IMG/VR virus record: IMGVR_UViG_3300044724_005967
Span: 1-60,006 of that record
From: a virus
Lineage: Duplodnaviria; Caudoviricetes
Length of the DNA stretch: 60,006 bases
Reading direction: 5' to 3' (one strand)
A program made the position numbers and the translations under genes. Numbering within the stretch: the stretch's first letter is position 1; each line of letters opens with the position of its first letter. Positions 45,995-56,700 of this stretch are shown here, piece after piece. The notes beneath the pieces are model-generated. The model searched no databases. It had not been told where the DNA came from and was given only the letters and a program-made list of their open reading frames with translations.

Positions 45995-47794
45995 ATGGCT
46001 ATTACAAGCAACGATCTCACAACACTTGATTTCGAAACAGTCAAAGATAATTTAAAGACTTATCTAAAAGGTCAAGATTTATTTAAAGACTATGACTTTG
46101 AAGCATCGAATATTAGTGTATTGCTGGACATTCTTGCATATAATACGAATCTTAACGGTTTCTATTTAAACATGATTGCAAATGAGATGTTCCTCGATTC
46201 TGCTATGCTTCGAGACTCTATTATATCACACGCAAAAGAACTCAACTATTTGCCAAGATCATTTAGATCAGCACAAGCAACTATTAAAATAACGTTGAGT
46301 GATACATCCGATAATTCTACTGTATTGATTCCACGCGGTACTACATTTACAGGCAGATCTAATAATAAGAATTTTACGTTTACTACTGCTGAAAACGTTC
46401 AAGCAGGAAGTACAGCTGTTGCTAATCAGTTTGTAGCTAATAATGTAACTATATACGAAGGAGATTACGTACAAGATACGTATGTCACTGATAATAGTTC
46501 TCAACCTCGTTTTCTTATCACAAACAAAACAGTCGATACAAATAGTTTAAAGGTAATTGTAATCGAAGATAATGGCGCAGTAACATTGACATACGAAAGA
46601 CGTGATTCTCTTTTTGGAATTGGCGCAACTGATCAAGTATTCTTTATACAAGCTGCCGAAAATGATACGTATGAAATTTTATTTGGTGATGGTGTTATAG
46701 GTAGACAACCTAAGAACAACTCTATTGTACTTATTGAGTATCGTGCTTGCAACGGCGAATTGCCAAATGGTCTTCAAGTGTTTACTGCTGACGATGATGT
46801 TGGTTCTGCGACGGTAAGCTCTGTTGAGACAGTGTCAAAAGCATCAGGCGGTTCTATTCCTGAAACACTTGAATCGATTAAGTTTAATGCACCGCGAGCA
46901 TTTACAACTCAAGAGCGTGTTGTAACTGCACAAGATTATGCTACATTACTCAAAGCAAACTTTTCAGAAATCAATGACGTAGCTGCATTTGGTGGAGAAG
47001 AATTTGATCCACCTCAATTTGGAAAAGTTATTGTATCTGTAGATTTAAAGAATACAGATTTATTGCCGGATAGTTATCGAGAAAAATACAGATCATTTAT
47101 TGCACCTCGCAGCCCCTTGTCAATCGATCCAGTCTTTGTGAAACCCGAATATCTGTACTTGTCAATTGATACGAAAGTTAAATATGACATTTCACAGACT
47201 TCATTGGGTGTTGATGACATTAAGAGTCTTGTTGTATCATCTATTCAAGCATTTAACGAAAATAATTTAAATGGTTTTAATAAGACGATGCGATACAGTA
47301 AAATGATCGCAGCGATTGATGGTTCGCAAAATGCAATCATCAGTAATGACACAATTGTAAAGGCAACTCAATATCTGCCTCTCGTAATCGGTGAGAGACA
47401 ATCATACAAACTTGATTTTGCAATGACACTCAACGATACATTCGGTCATAGAATTAAAGAACAAAAAGTAAATGAATCTACTACTGTTAAATCAGGTAAG
47501 TTTAGTTTTAATGGATTGACTTCAAATATTGCTGATGACGGTAAAGGAGCATTGGTTGTTGTTTGTGAACCAGATGGTGGCGGTGATGCAATAGTATTAG
47601 CAACTGTTGGTAGTATCGATTATAATTTAGGCGTTTTGATTTTGGATGATTTTGCTACATCTGATCAACAATCTCAATTGAAGTTTACTGTAGTACCAAA
47701 AGAACGAGATATACCATCAATCAAAACATCCATTCTTCGAGTACTTGACGAAGATATTGTTGTACAAGTCGAACAGGTACGATTAAGTGGCTAG
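45995..47794 (+). CDS. gp6: Baseplate wedge subunit (gp6-like)
   Basis: LDFETVKDNLK, DYDFEAS, EMFLDSA, FGDGVIG, QERVVTAQDY, GGEEFDPPQFGKV. Confidence 0.92.
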   Translation: MAITSNDLTTLDFETVKDNLKTYLKGQDLFKDYDFEASNISVLLDILAYNTNLNGFYLNMIANEMFLDSAMLRDSIISHAKELNYLPRSFRSAQATIKITLSDTSDNSTVLIPRGTTFTGRSNNKNFTFTTAENVQAGSTAVANQFVANNVTIYEGDYVQDTYVTDNSSQPRFLITNKTVDTNSLKVIVIEDNGAVTLTYERRDSLFGIGATDQVFFIQAAENDTYEILFGDGVIGRQPKNNSIVLIEYRACNGELPNGLQVFTADDDVGSATVSSVETVSKASGGSIPETLESIKFNAPRAFTTQERVVTAQDYATLLKANFSEINDVAAFGGEEFDPPQFGKVIVSVDLKNTDLLPDSYREKYRSFIAPRSPLSIDPVFVKPEYLYLSIDTKVKYDISQTSLGVDDIKSLVVSSIQAFNENNLNGFNKTMRYSKMIAAIDGSQNAIISNDTIVKATQYLPLVIGERQSYKLDFAMTLNDTFGHRIKEQKVNESTTVKSGKFSFNGLTSNIADDGKGALVVVCEPDGGGDAIVLATVGSIDYNLGVLILDDFATSDQQSQLKFTVVPKERDIPSIKTSILRVLDEDIVVQVEQVRLSG

Positions 47795-50700
47795 AGACCT
47801 CACGAAGGACATATCACAGCTTGTAAAGAACCAATTCCCATCATTCTATCATGATGAAGGGGAAATGTTCATTGCTTTTGTAAAAGCATATTATGAGTGG
47901 TTAGAATCTAATAATCAAGCTTTGTACCATAGCAGGCGTTTGACCGAATACAAAGATATCGATAAAACAATCGATGATTTTATCATTGACTTTAAAAACA
48001 AATATCTTTCTGATGTACAGTTCAACGTTGCTACTAATAAAAGATTGTTTGTTAAGAACGCATTAGAATTTTATCGTGCGAAAGGTTCACCACGAGCTGT
48101 TGATCTTTTCTTTAAATTAATCTATGGACTAGAAGCAAGAGTATATGAGCCATCGCGAGATCTGTTTAGACTTTCGGATAATGAATGGACAAACGAACGT
48201 TACTTAGAACTTCTACCTTCTGATAAAAACTTAAATTTTGTAGGAAAACAAATCTTCGGTTCAATTTCAGGTGCAACTGCATTTGCTGAAAAACTTGTTC
48301 GAGTTAAAACTGGTACTAAATTCGTTGAAGTATTATATCTGTCTGGATTATCAGATAACTTTATTACAAACGAATTAATATTCGCTTATGATATTGATCA
48401 AAGTTTAACAGACGAATTTAGAAATGAGGTAGTTGGATCCCTCACACATTTTACTATTACATCTTCTGATGCCAATTTTAAAGTTGGTGAAAGATTGTAT
48501 GTTAAAACTGGCTCTGGCAAAAAAGCTCAAGTAATTGTTGCGGCTGTTCAAAATGCGGTTGGTGTTGTTAGCTTTAACTTTATAGATGGAGGTTGGGGTT
48601 TTTCTACAAATGCACAAGTTATTGGATCTGAAAAGACACTTACATTAGATGATGTAAGATTTACTAACAACGGTTATTTTTATCATAATTTTCCCTTTGA
48701 GCAGTTTACGACAGCTAAACAAGATCTCATACAGATTAATCTCGAAACGACTAACACAGCGTCAACAACTGCCGCTCTCGCCCTCAATACAGGAACAAAT
48801 CTCTTTGCTACAATAGGTGATGTGAATGGCGCTCGTACTGTATGGGAAGGTATTTTGGTTGATAAGAGTATTCCTAACTCGACTCTTACTATCAACTATA
48901 CCAAATCTTCATATACTAATAATTTGACAGACGATGGCAGACCAATTAGTGGCAATAACGAGATTACATTCTTATATTCAGGTATAGATCCAGAATACTA
49001 CAACAGTGCGATTAATAATGTTACAGGCGATGGTAGCGACTTCTTTAAACGAGAACTCCACGTAAATGGTGTAAGGATTATGGGTGCTGGCACTGTTGGT
49101 GGACAAACAGCAGTACCAGATGCTTGGTTAGAAAAAGTTGGTCGTATGTTCGAACTGTTTACAGATCCTACCGGTACTGATATTAATGAATCTGCACAAA
49201 GAACTGTAATTAAAACATTAAACGGAGATAACGGTACTTATCATGCTGGACTACCAACTCTACAGAGAGTAGCAAGAGGTGCTGGTGCAGACTATAGCAC
49301 AAACTTCTTGACCGACCCGGGTATTATATTTTGGAATTTAACAAACTTATTTGATACTCACGTACACAACGACATGGTGTGGTATCTAAACTCAACGGGC
49401 AGTGGGTATGGAGTCGGCGAAGATGATGCACAAGAAGTTATTGAACACGTTTTCCACACACTGCACATGCACGGTCTTAATGCAGTATCATTAAAGTTGT
49501 ATCCGCAGACAAGTGCAGACTGGAATTCAGGTCCATTATATAATGCAATGGTAGAAGCATACGATGGCGGATTTTGGGACTCATCCGGATATGGTGGAGC
49601 AAACTTTAAGACTGATCCAGATGCATTTGAAGTTGCGGCAAAAGAATATTTGTATTTGTTAAACTTCTGTATGTTTGACTACTCTGACTTGTGGGACGGT
49701 GATAGTCTTGCTCCTGAGTGGTCTGATACTGTTAAGACTCCAGCAGGTATACAAGCAAATTTACCGCTAGGTTACGCATTACACAACACATACATTGCTC
49801 CTGTTATTAGTAAGCCATCACTCGCTACTATTAATAGCATATTCCAAGATGGCAATACTCCATTACAAGACGATCCAAGTTTGGCGGGTGCGTCAGGATA
49901 TGTTGTTGACGTTGTAAGTAGTAACAATGTTTTTGAGATAGATGTAACAAATACAAATAGCACTGACGTTTCTATTGAAGCGAATGTAATTGCTACGTCT
50001 AATACATGTACGATACGATATACAACTTCAGACAGTGATAAAAACATTTTAGCTGGTGAACAATTCTATCAAAATGATCCAGTTTACGGTCATCGATTTG
50101 CTGAAGCAACAGTATTAGCTACGGCAGCAAATAATGATGGTACACACGTTGATTTAAGAATGGACAGAGGTTATTTTAGAACTAATGTTACAATGAATCG
50201 TGTTAGAAATGTAAATGGTGTAACTGATATAGATTACACGATTACTAGAATGTCGAATGTAACTATTGGTTTTACTTCATATAGTGGCGGAGAGTTAAAC
50301 TTTAGACAGCTCGCTAATACGTATACATCAAATACTGAGCTCGGAACTTATGGTCCAGGGTTGGCAAATAATGTTATTGGTGCGTCTACTGCAACAGCTA
50401 CATTCAGAGCATCATCTTTTGATAATCTTGAAGGTCATACTGTCATTAAAACAACTGACAGAGAAGGAGATTTACAAGAAATTTCTGATATTGGTTTAAC
50501 GACTGTTATTGATGAAGTTGCAAACGTAGACATTGGTGATCCTACTGGTTCTCTTTTCGAATGGATTCATAGTGGAAATACAATTAATTATAGTACCACA
50601 ACGCTTAATGATGCACTCAACTACACAGAATCAACTATAGAGCTAGGTGAAATTGCAACGTTTGTTACAACATCTCCTGGTGAAGGATATGGAACAGATC

Positions 50701-51539
50701 CTTTATTCATAGTATATGAACCAACAATGTATCACGCAGAACGATATGACTTTTATATTAGATATAAAGAGGAAGAAGTAGAAAAGACTTATACAATCGG
50801 TGAAAAACTCAAAGTTGGTGATAATGAATTTGGTAAAATCTTTGCGGTTGATCTAGTTACGCGAGAATTGTATGCTACTCGATTACATTTAACACAGACT
50901 TCGAATACTGGATTATCTGAGAATTTGTGGACAACAGAAGATCCACGAATAGGTCAAACGATGACTGGTTTGACAAATGGAGATTCGGCAATTATCGAAG
51001 TTATTGATGAAGTAAGATGGTTGCCAAGATCAGGATTAAATACTGATGTCGAAGCAACAGCGCTATCGGGTTCTGGTTTTATTACTGATCTTACTATTCT
51101 TGATTCTGGTTTTGGTTATGAAGGCAAAAGAAAAGACACAACGATCAATGCTTATGTTAAAGGCGAAGAGATGACTCTCGCGTCGTTTGAAGATCCTGAT
51201 AAAACAGCCCAAGTAATGGGTTTTAATCTTTCAAATGGTGTGGCGCCTGGTACACATCCAAATCGTAGGTCTTTCCTCAGTTCGGATAAATACATACACG
51301 ACAATGATTTTTATCAAGAGTATTCATATCAAGTTTTAACTGCACTTCCTTTTAGTAAATATAAAAATACTCTTGTTGATGTATTACACCTTGCTGGTAG
51401 TAAACCATTTGGTGGATATGTAGGTACATCAGAAATTAAACTCAATATTACGACGACAGAAACATCAGCACAATTTAATATACGAAATTTTGGTGTATTT
51501 GTCAACGAAAACACTTTCTATAGTGCTAATGTAGCGTAG
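47787..51539 (+). CDS. gp7: Baseplate wedge protein (gp7-like) with large insertion
   Basis: FVKAYYEWLE, FYRAKGS..LFFKLIY; C-terminal IHDNDFYQEYSY..LHLAG; between gp6 and gp8. Confidence 0.7.
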   Translation: MARDLTKDISQLVKNQFPSFYHDEGEMFIAFVKAYYEWLESNNQALYHSRRLTEYKDIDKTIDDFIIDFKNKYLSDVQFNVATNKRLFVKNALEFYRAKGSPRAVDLFFKLIYGLEARVYEPSRDLFRLSDNEWTNERYLELLPSDKNLNFVGKQIFGSISGATAFAEKLVRVKTGTKFVEVLYLSGLSDNFITNELIFAYDIDQSLTDEFRNEVVGSLTHFTITSSDANFKVGERLYVKTGSGKKAQVIVAAVQNAVGVVSFNFIDGGWGFSTNAQVIGSEKTLTLDDVRFTNNGYFYHNFPFEQFTTAKQDLIQINLETTNTASTTAALALNTGTNLFATIGDVNGARTVWEGILVDKSIPNSTLTINYTKSSYTNNLTDDGRPISGNNEITFLYSGIDPEYYNSAINNVTGDGSDFFKRELHVNGVRIMGAGTVGGQTAVPDAWLEKVGRMFELFTDPTGTDINESAQRTVIKTLNGDNGTYHAGLPTLQRVARGAGADYSTNFLTDPGIIFWNLTNLFDTHVHNDMVWYLNSTGSGYGVGEDDAQEVIEHVFHTLHMHGLNAVSLKLYPQTSADWNSGPLYNAMVEAYDGGFWDSSGYGGANFKTDPDAFEVAAKEYLYLLNFCMFDYSDLWDGDSLAPEWSDTVKTPAGIQANLPLGYALHNTYIAPVISKPSLATINSIFQDGNTPLQDDPSLAGASGYVVDVVSSNNVFEIDVTNTNSTDVSIEANVIATSNTCTIRYTTSDSDKNILAGEQFYQNDPVYGHRFAEATVLATAANNDGTHVDLRMDRGYFRTNVTMNRVRNVNGVTDIDYTITRMSNVTIGFTSYSGGELNFRQLANTYTSNTELGTYGPGLANNVIGASTATATFRASSFDNLEGHTVIKTTDREGDLQEISDIGLTTVIDEVANVDIGDPTGSLFEWIHSGNTINYSTTTLNDALNYTESTIELGEIATFVTTSPGEGYGTDPLFIVYEPTMYHAERYDFYIRYKEEEVEKTYTIGEKLKVGDNEFGKIFAVDLVTRELYATRLHLTQTSNTGLSENLWTTEDPRIGQTMTGLTNGDSAIIEVIDEVRWLPRSGLNTDVEATALSGSGFITDLTILDSGFGYEGKRKDTTINAYVKGEEMTLASFEDPDKTAQVMGFNLSNGVAPGTHPNRRSFLSSDKYIHDNDFYQEYSYQVLTALPFSKYKNTLVDVLHLAGSKPFGGYVGTSEIKLNITTTETSAQFNIRNFGVFVNENTFYSANVA

Positions 51540-51547
51540 AGACTAAA

Positions 51548-53779
51548 ATGGCAAAGAAATTAGTACCATCAGATTTTAAAACACATCTCATCAATCAGAT
51601 TATCGAGTCTGTGACTGAGCGGGCAAATACTGCCTACTACGCTTATGTTGGAGATCATGAGACTGTTGCATCATCTGAAGAAGAAATTAATCAACCTACA
51701 GAAACATTTAGAAATACGAATACTAATGTATATCGTAATATGATTTTTGGTAAAAGAATTACTGCGCAAGACATGTCGTTCGTCATTAATAGGACTAACT
51801 GGATATCTGGTACAACATACGCAATGTACGATGATCAGAAAATCGATATTCAAGAAACAAATTTCTATGTAATGGTAGATGAAAATTCATTTAAGCACGT
51901 ATATAAGTGTCTTTATAATAACAACGATGCGCCAAGTACAGACAAACCACTTTTTAAAAATGCCAAATATGAAGCAGATTTGTTTTCATCTGGAGATGAT
52001 TACTACGAAACATCGGATGGCTATCAGTGGAAATACATGTATAGTATCACTTCTAGTACATTTGATAAATTTGCAACTGAAAAATATATACCTGTCGTAT
52101 CTAATACTGCCGTCGAAACAAATGCTCAAGAAGGTGCTATCGACGTTATTAAAGTAGTAGATTCAGGCAAAAATTACGAAAACCATTTAAAGAGTCAGTT
52201 TTTAAGAGCTGATATTGGTCGTATTACTCGTACATTAATAGAAGGCGATGCGATCGAAGCAGATCCCGCTGATTCTACGGGTGCTAGCCACTTTGATCCT
52301 ACTAAAGCATCTTTGTGTTATCGTATTGCTCCTACAGTAGATAGTCGAGATATGACTACTGACTTTTACGCTAATACTATCATTTATCTTACAAATGGTA
52401 CAGGTGAAGGACAGTATAAAAAAATAGACAAGTCTTCGTATGTTTCCGAAGTTGGAGGTGTTGTTGTTCAATTACAAGAGCAATTTAATACTCTTCCTGA
52501 CGAAACGACAACATACGAGATCTCACCATTTGTACAAATAATTGGCGATGGAAACCAAACAGTTAATGCTGTAGCTCGAGCAATCATTAATGCTAACGCT
52601 TCTGATAGTGTACATAAGATTGAAATGTTAGATACAGGAGCAGATTATTCTTTTGCAACAGCATCTGTTCTCGCAGGTAATCCACGCACAGTAGATGGCA
52701 CTGCTATTGATATACAACAAGCAACTATACGACCTATTTTGTCACCACAAGGTGGCCATGGTGCTAACACAATTATTGAATTCGGCGCTAAGAGATTATC
52801 TTTTTATATGAAGTTCGATGGTGGGGAATCAAACCTTGTCGAACCAACAAATACATTCTCTCAATTTGGTATTGTTCGTGATCCTAAATTTGCTAATGTT
52901 GCTATCTACACAGAAAATAGAACAGGCGAATTTATTGAAAATGAAAGAGTATTGCAATTTACAAAATTAATTATTGGTTCAGATGCAAGATTTACTAGTA
53001 ATTCTGCCCTTGGTGCTTCTGTACAAGATACAACTACAACTGTTGATGCGCTGTATGATCAACATTTTACTGTAGGTGATTATATCTTTATGACAAAGAC
53101 AGGCACCGCAGAAAAACATTTTTTAACAACTGTTGCGACTGGATCAACAGGAAATACAATTAATCTTGCAGAAGCTCCTCCATGGGCAGCCACTGAAACA
53201 AGATCAACCGCAGATGTAACAGTATATTATATACATAAAGAAGCCGAAGGTATAGTTAAAAGCGCTGCACCGATTGGTGGTAATCCAGCTATACTTCTTA
53301 ATCAATGTGATCCTGAATTTAAAAAGGATCATATGATCTACGGAAACACTAGTAGAAATATTGCGACGGTGAAAGGAGTTGATATAAATAATAGGATAGG
53401 TGATGTTGAAGCAGATTTTCAATTTGCAGATTTTAATCAAATGACAAAAATCACTGCATCATCTTTGACAGGTACATTTGTAGAAGACGAGACTATAACA
53501 CAGGGTACAAACGCAACGGGCCAATTACATTCAGTAGCTACTGAAGGTGGTGGTACCACAATTAGTATGACTAACATTACAGGGGCATTTGCAACTGTAG
53601 GTCAACTAGTAGGTCAAGTCAGCGGAGCAATATTAAACCAAACCGGTGATAATGCTCTAGATATTCAATACGGGGATTTAGATCCCAATACCGGTGCAAT
53701 TCTCTATCTACAAAACGATATTCCAGTCGATAGAGACGATGATCAAACCGAAGAAATAAGAGTAATCTTGGAGTTCTAA
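51548..53779 (+). CDS. gp8: Baseplate wedge subunit (gp8-like)
   Basis: NWISGTTYAMYD, VYKCLYNN, DGYQWKYMY, PQGGHG, QTEEIRVILEF. Confidence 0.85.
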   Translation: MAKKLVPSDFKTHLINQIIESVTERANTAYYAYVGDHETVASSEEEINQPTETFRNTNTNVYRNMIFGKRITAQDMSFVINRTNWISGTTYAMYDDQKIDIQETNFYVMVDENSFKHVYKCLYNNNDAPSTDKPLFKNAKYEADLFSSGDDYYETSDGYQWKYMYSITSSTFDKFATEKYIPVVSNTAVETNAQEGAIDVIKVVDSGKNYENHLKSQFLRADIGRITRTLIEGDAIEADPADSTGASHFDPTKASLCYRIAPTVDSRDMTTDFYANTIIYLTNGTGEGQYKKIDKSSYVSEVGGVVVQLQEQFNTLPDETTTYEISPFVQIIGDGNQTVNAVARAIINANASDSVHKIEMLDTGADYSFATASVLAGNPRTVDGTAIDIQQATIRPILSPQGGHGANTIIEFGAKRLSFYMKFDGGESNLVEPTNTFSQFGIVRDPKFANVAIYTENRTGEFIENERVLQFTKLIIGSDARFTSNSALGASVQDTTTTVDALYDQHFTVGDYIFMTKTGTAEKHFLTTVATGSTGNTINLAEAPPWAATETRSTADVTVYYIHKEAEGIVKSAAPIGGNPAILLNQCDPEFKKDHMIYGNTSRNIATVKGVDINNRIGDVEADFQFADFNQMTKITASSLTGTFVEDETITQGTNATGQLHSVATEGGGTTISMTNITGAFATVGQLVGQVSGAILNQTGDNALDIQYGDLDPNTGAILYLQNDIPVDRDDDQTEEIRVILEF

Positions 53780-53782
53780 GTA

Positions 53783-56700
53783 ATGCCATTAAATACAAAC
53801 CTATCATCTTCGCCTTACTTTGATGATTTTGACAGATCAGATAATTATTATCGTATTCTGTTCAAACCTGCAACTGCAGTTCAGGTAAGGGAAGTTAACC
53901 AGCTTCAAACGCTGTTACAGGATCAGATCGAACAATTTGGCGATCATATTCTAAAAGCTGGTACTATCTTAGAAGGATGTCAGTTCACTTATTTGAACTC
54001 AATGGCATTTGTTAAGATTACTGATAACTCAATTGACGGTAAGGCGATCAATTTAGAAGCTATCAATGGTCTAAGCGCAAACGGTCAAACATCATTTAAA
54101 ATTGGTAGAATTACTCACGTCGAAGATGGTTTCGAAAATGATGTTTCAGGTAATTTAAAAACTCTGTACTTAGATTACGACGACGATACTAATAATTCGG
54201 GACAAAAAGACGAATTCCAAGCTGGTGAAGAAATACGAATCTTCGCTCGCGATGACCGCTTGTATGATATTGATGTTGCTAATAACTCAAGCGGTGCACT
54301 CGTATTCTCTAACAATGATGTGGTTGTTATTACAGCGGCAATTGAAATTGCTGGTACTGTAACAGGTACTGCAGCAGATTTAGCCAATACATTCGCGCAA
54401 GGTGATACGGTCACTGGCACATTTAGTGGTAGAACAATTGATATGGAAGTATTGTTTGCAGCTAATCCTGCAACAGATGCTACTGATGATGAAACACTTA
54501 TTCTTCGATTGAAGCCAAAAACTACGAAGCAATCGGGCAATAGTATCGATGTTAAATCATGGGACATTCGTCTAGACGATGTACTGACACATACCGAAGG
54601 CGGTCAAGAATTTAAAATTCTTAAATTTGTTGGTGAGGGTGCAACTGGTTCTGTTACTACATCTTCGCAGGGACAGCTATTAAGCGCTAACATCACGCGT
54701 GGTGGTGAAGGCTATAGTGTACTACCACATATTAGCTTATATTCTCAGGGGTCTTCATCTGCTCAGCTCAATGTATTGACTATGAATGCTGAGAACTGGT
54801 TGATCAAACTTCAAGCAGCTCAAGTTTCTGACACCGTTGGTTTTGGTTTTGGTGTAGAAGTATCAAGCGGTAAGATATATCAGAAAGGATTGTTCCTTAA
54901 TGCAGATCAACAGTTTATCATGGTTGATAAGTATTCGAACACACCTTCTGATCTTTCTATTGGCTTCGATAGTACAGAATCTGTAGTAAATGTCTTTACT
55001 GATTCATCACTATATGATAATGCTCAAGGCTTCTTGAACCAATCTGCTCCCGGTGCTGATCGACTGAAAGTATCACCAGCCCTTGTTGTTAAGACAGCTA
55101 CTGAAGAAGCTACAGCTGGTAACTTCTTCCCGCTTGTACGCTTCTCAGAAGGCAAACCGTATCAACAGAATAAACTAACTCAGTACAATAAGCTTGGTGA
55201 TATGATTGCTCAGCGTACGTACGAAGAGTCAGGCAACTATGTACTCGACGAGTTTAATGCTGTATCAAGATCAACACTTGATTTCTCCGAATCTAATACT
55301 ACATTTAGTTATGTGATAGATCCAGGTCATGCGTATGTAAACGGTTATCGTGTTAAAACCGAAACAAACTTTGTTAAAGACGTTTCAAAAGCAATTGAAA
55401 CTATTTCAGAAACTGGCCAAGGTCAAGATTTAGTATTCGATCAATATTTCGAAGTACATGATTTAGCTGGTCCATTTAACTTTAGTACAGGCGAAGAAAT
55501 TAGTCTTCGCAATACAGCAGCTGATTATATTCTTGACTACGATCATGATACTTCAGATGTAACAAGTTCACTCGGTGGTACTGAAATTGGTACTGCAAAA
55601 ATTAGAGGCATTCAATTCGGTGTAGGTACAAAAGGTACCACTACCGGTGTATATAAGATACACGTCTTTGATATACGAATGAGCAAAGGCAAGAGCATCC
55701 GCGATGTCAAATCTATCTACGCTTCAAATGGTGGTGGTGAAGACGGTATCGCAGATGTCTGTTTGATCCTTGATAACGCAAAGACTCTGCGCGGTCTTGT
55801 ATCAACTGCTGATCAAAGTGCAGACGGCACATACGATCCAGTTGCGCGCGAAGAAATCGGTCGCATCGTTGGTCCTGAAAGATCCGATCTTATCATGGAC
55901 TTTGGCTATCCAGTCAAAACAATTAGTAATTACAAGTACGTATATAGTACTACTCTTACAAATGCTGCTGTAGCAGCAAACGGTCAAATTACTGTCCCTG
56001 CTGAAGGTAGTTCTGGTCCAACTGCAAATACTATTTTCCCATACATTGGCACACTCACTACAGCCGAAGAAAACGAAGTCATCGTAATACCAAATCAAGA
56101 TATAACTGCGTCATCTCCAACATATACAGGTGCAAGTTGTACGACTGCTGCGGCTACAGCGGATGATCATTATACAGTTACAATATCAGGTGCTACACCT
56201 ACTGCAGCATTACTCACTGACTTTAGAGTTGGTGATTGGATTACAGAAAGCGCAAATAGTGGTGTAGCACAAATTACTGCTATCGCTGGTCAAAATAAAA
56301 TGACAGTGCGTACACGATCAGGAGCATTTGGCCCTATCGGTACTAGTACGACTAACATCTCTCGATTCTTCCCGAAAGATATGCCGGTGCCAACTGGTAC
56401 AAGAACAGGTGTAGGAGCGACAGATCAATACGCTCAGGTTACAGCTGATCGAAGAACGATGTTTGTTAACCTCGGTGTTGCTGTAGCCGCTGGTAATAAG
56501 TTTACTGTATTCTTTAATCAAGAACTTAATAATACTAAATCCGCTCTTACATCACGACGTAAGCGTTATGTTAAGTTAACGACGAGCGGTACTTGGCCTG
56601 CAATTGGTAAATGTCTGGGTTTATCTGGTGTTTATCGTCTCCATGCTGTATACAATGGAACAACTACTTCAGATGCTAATATTACCAACGAGTTTGAATG

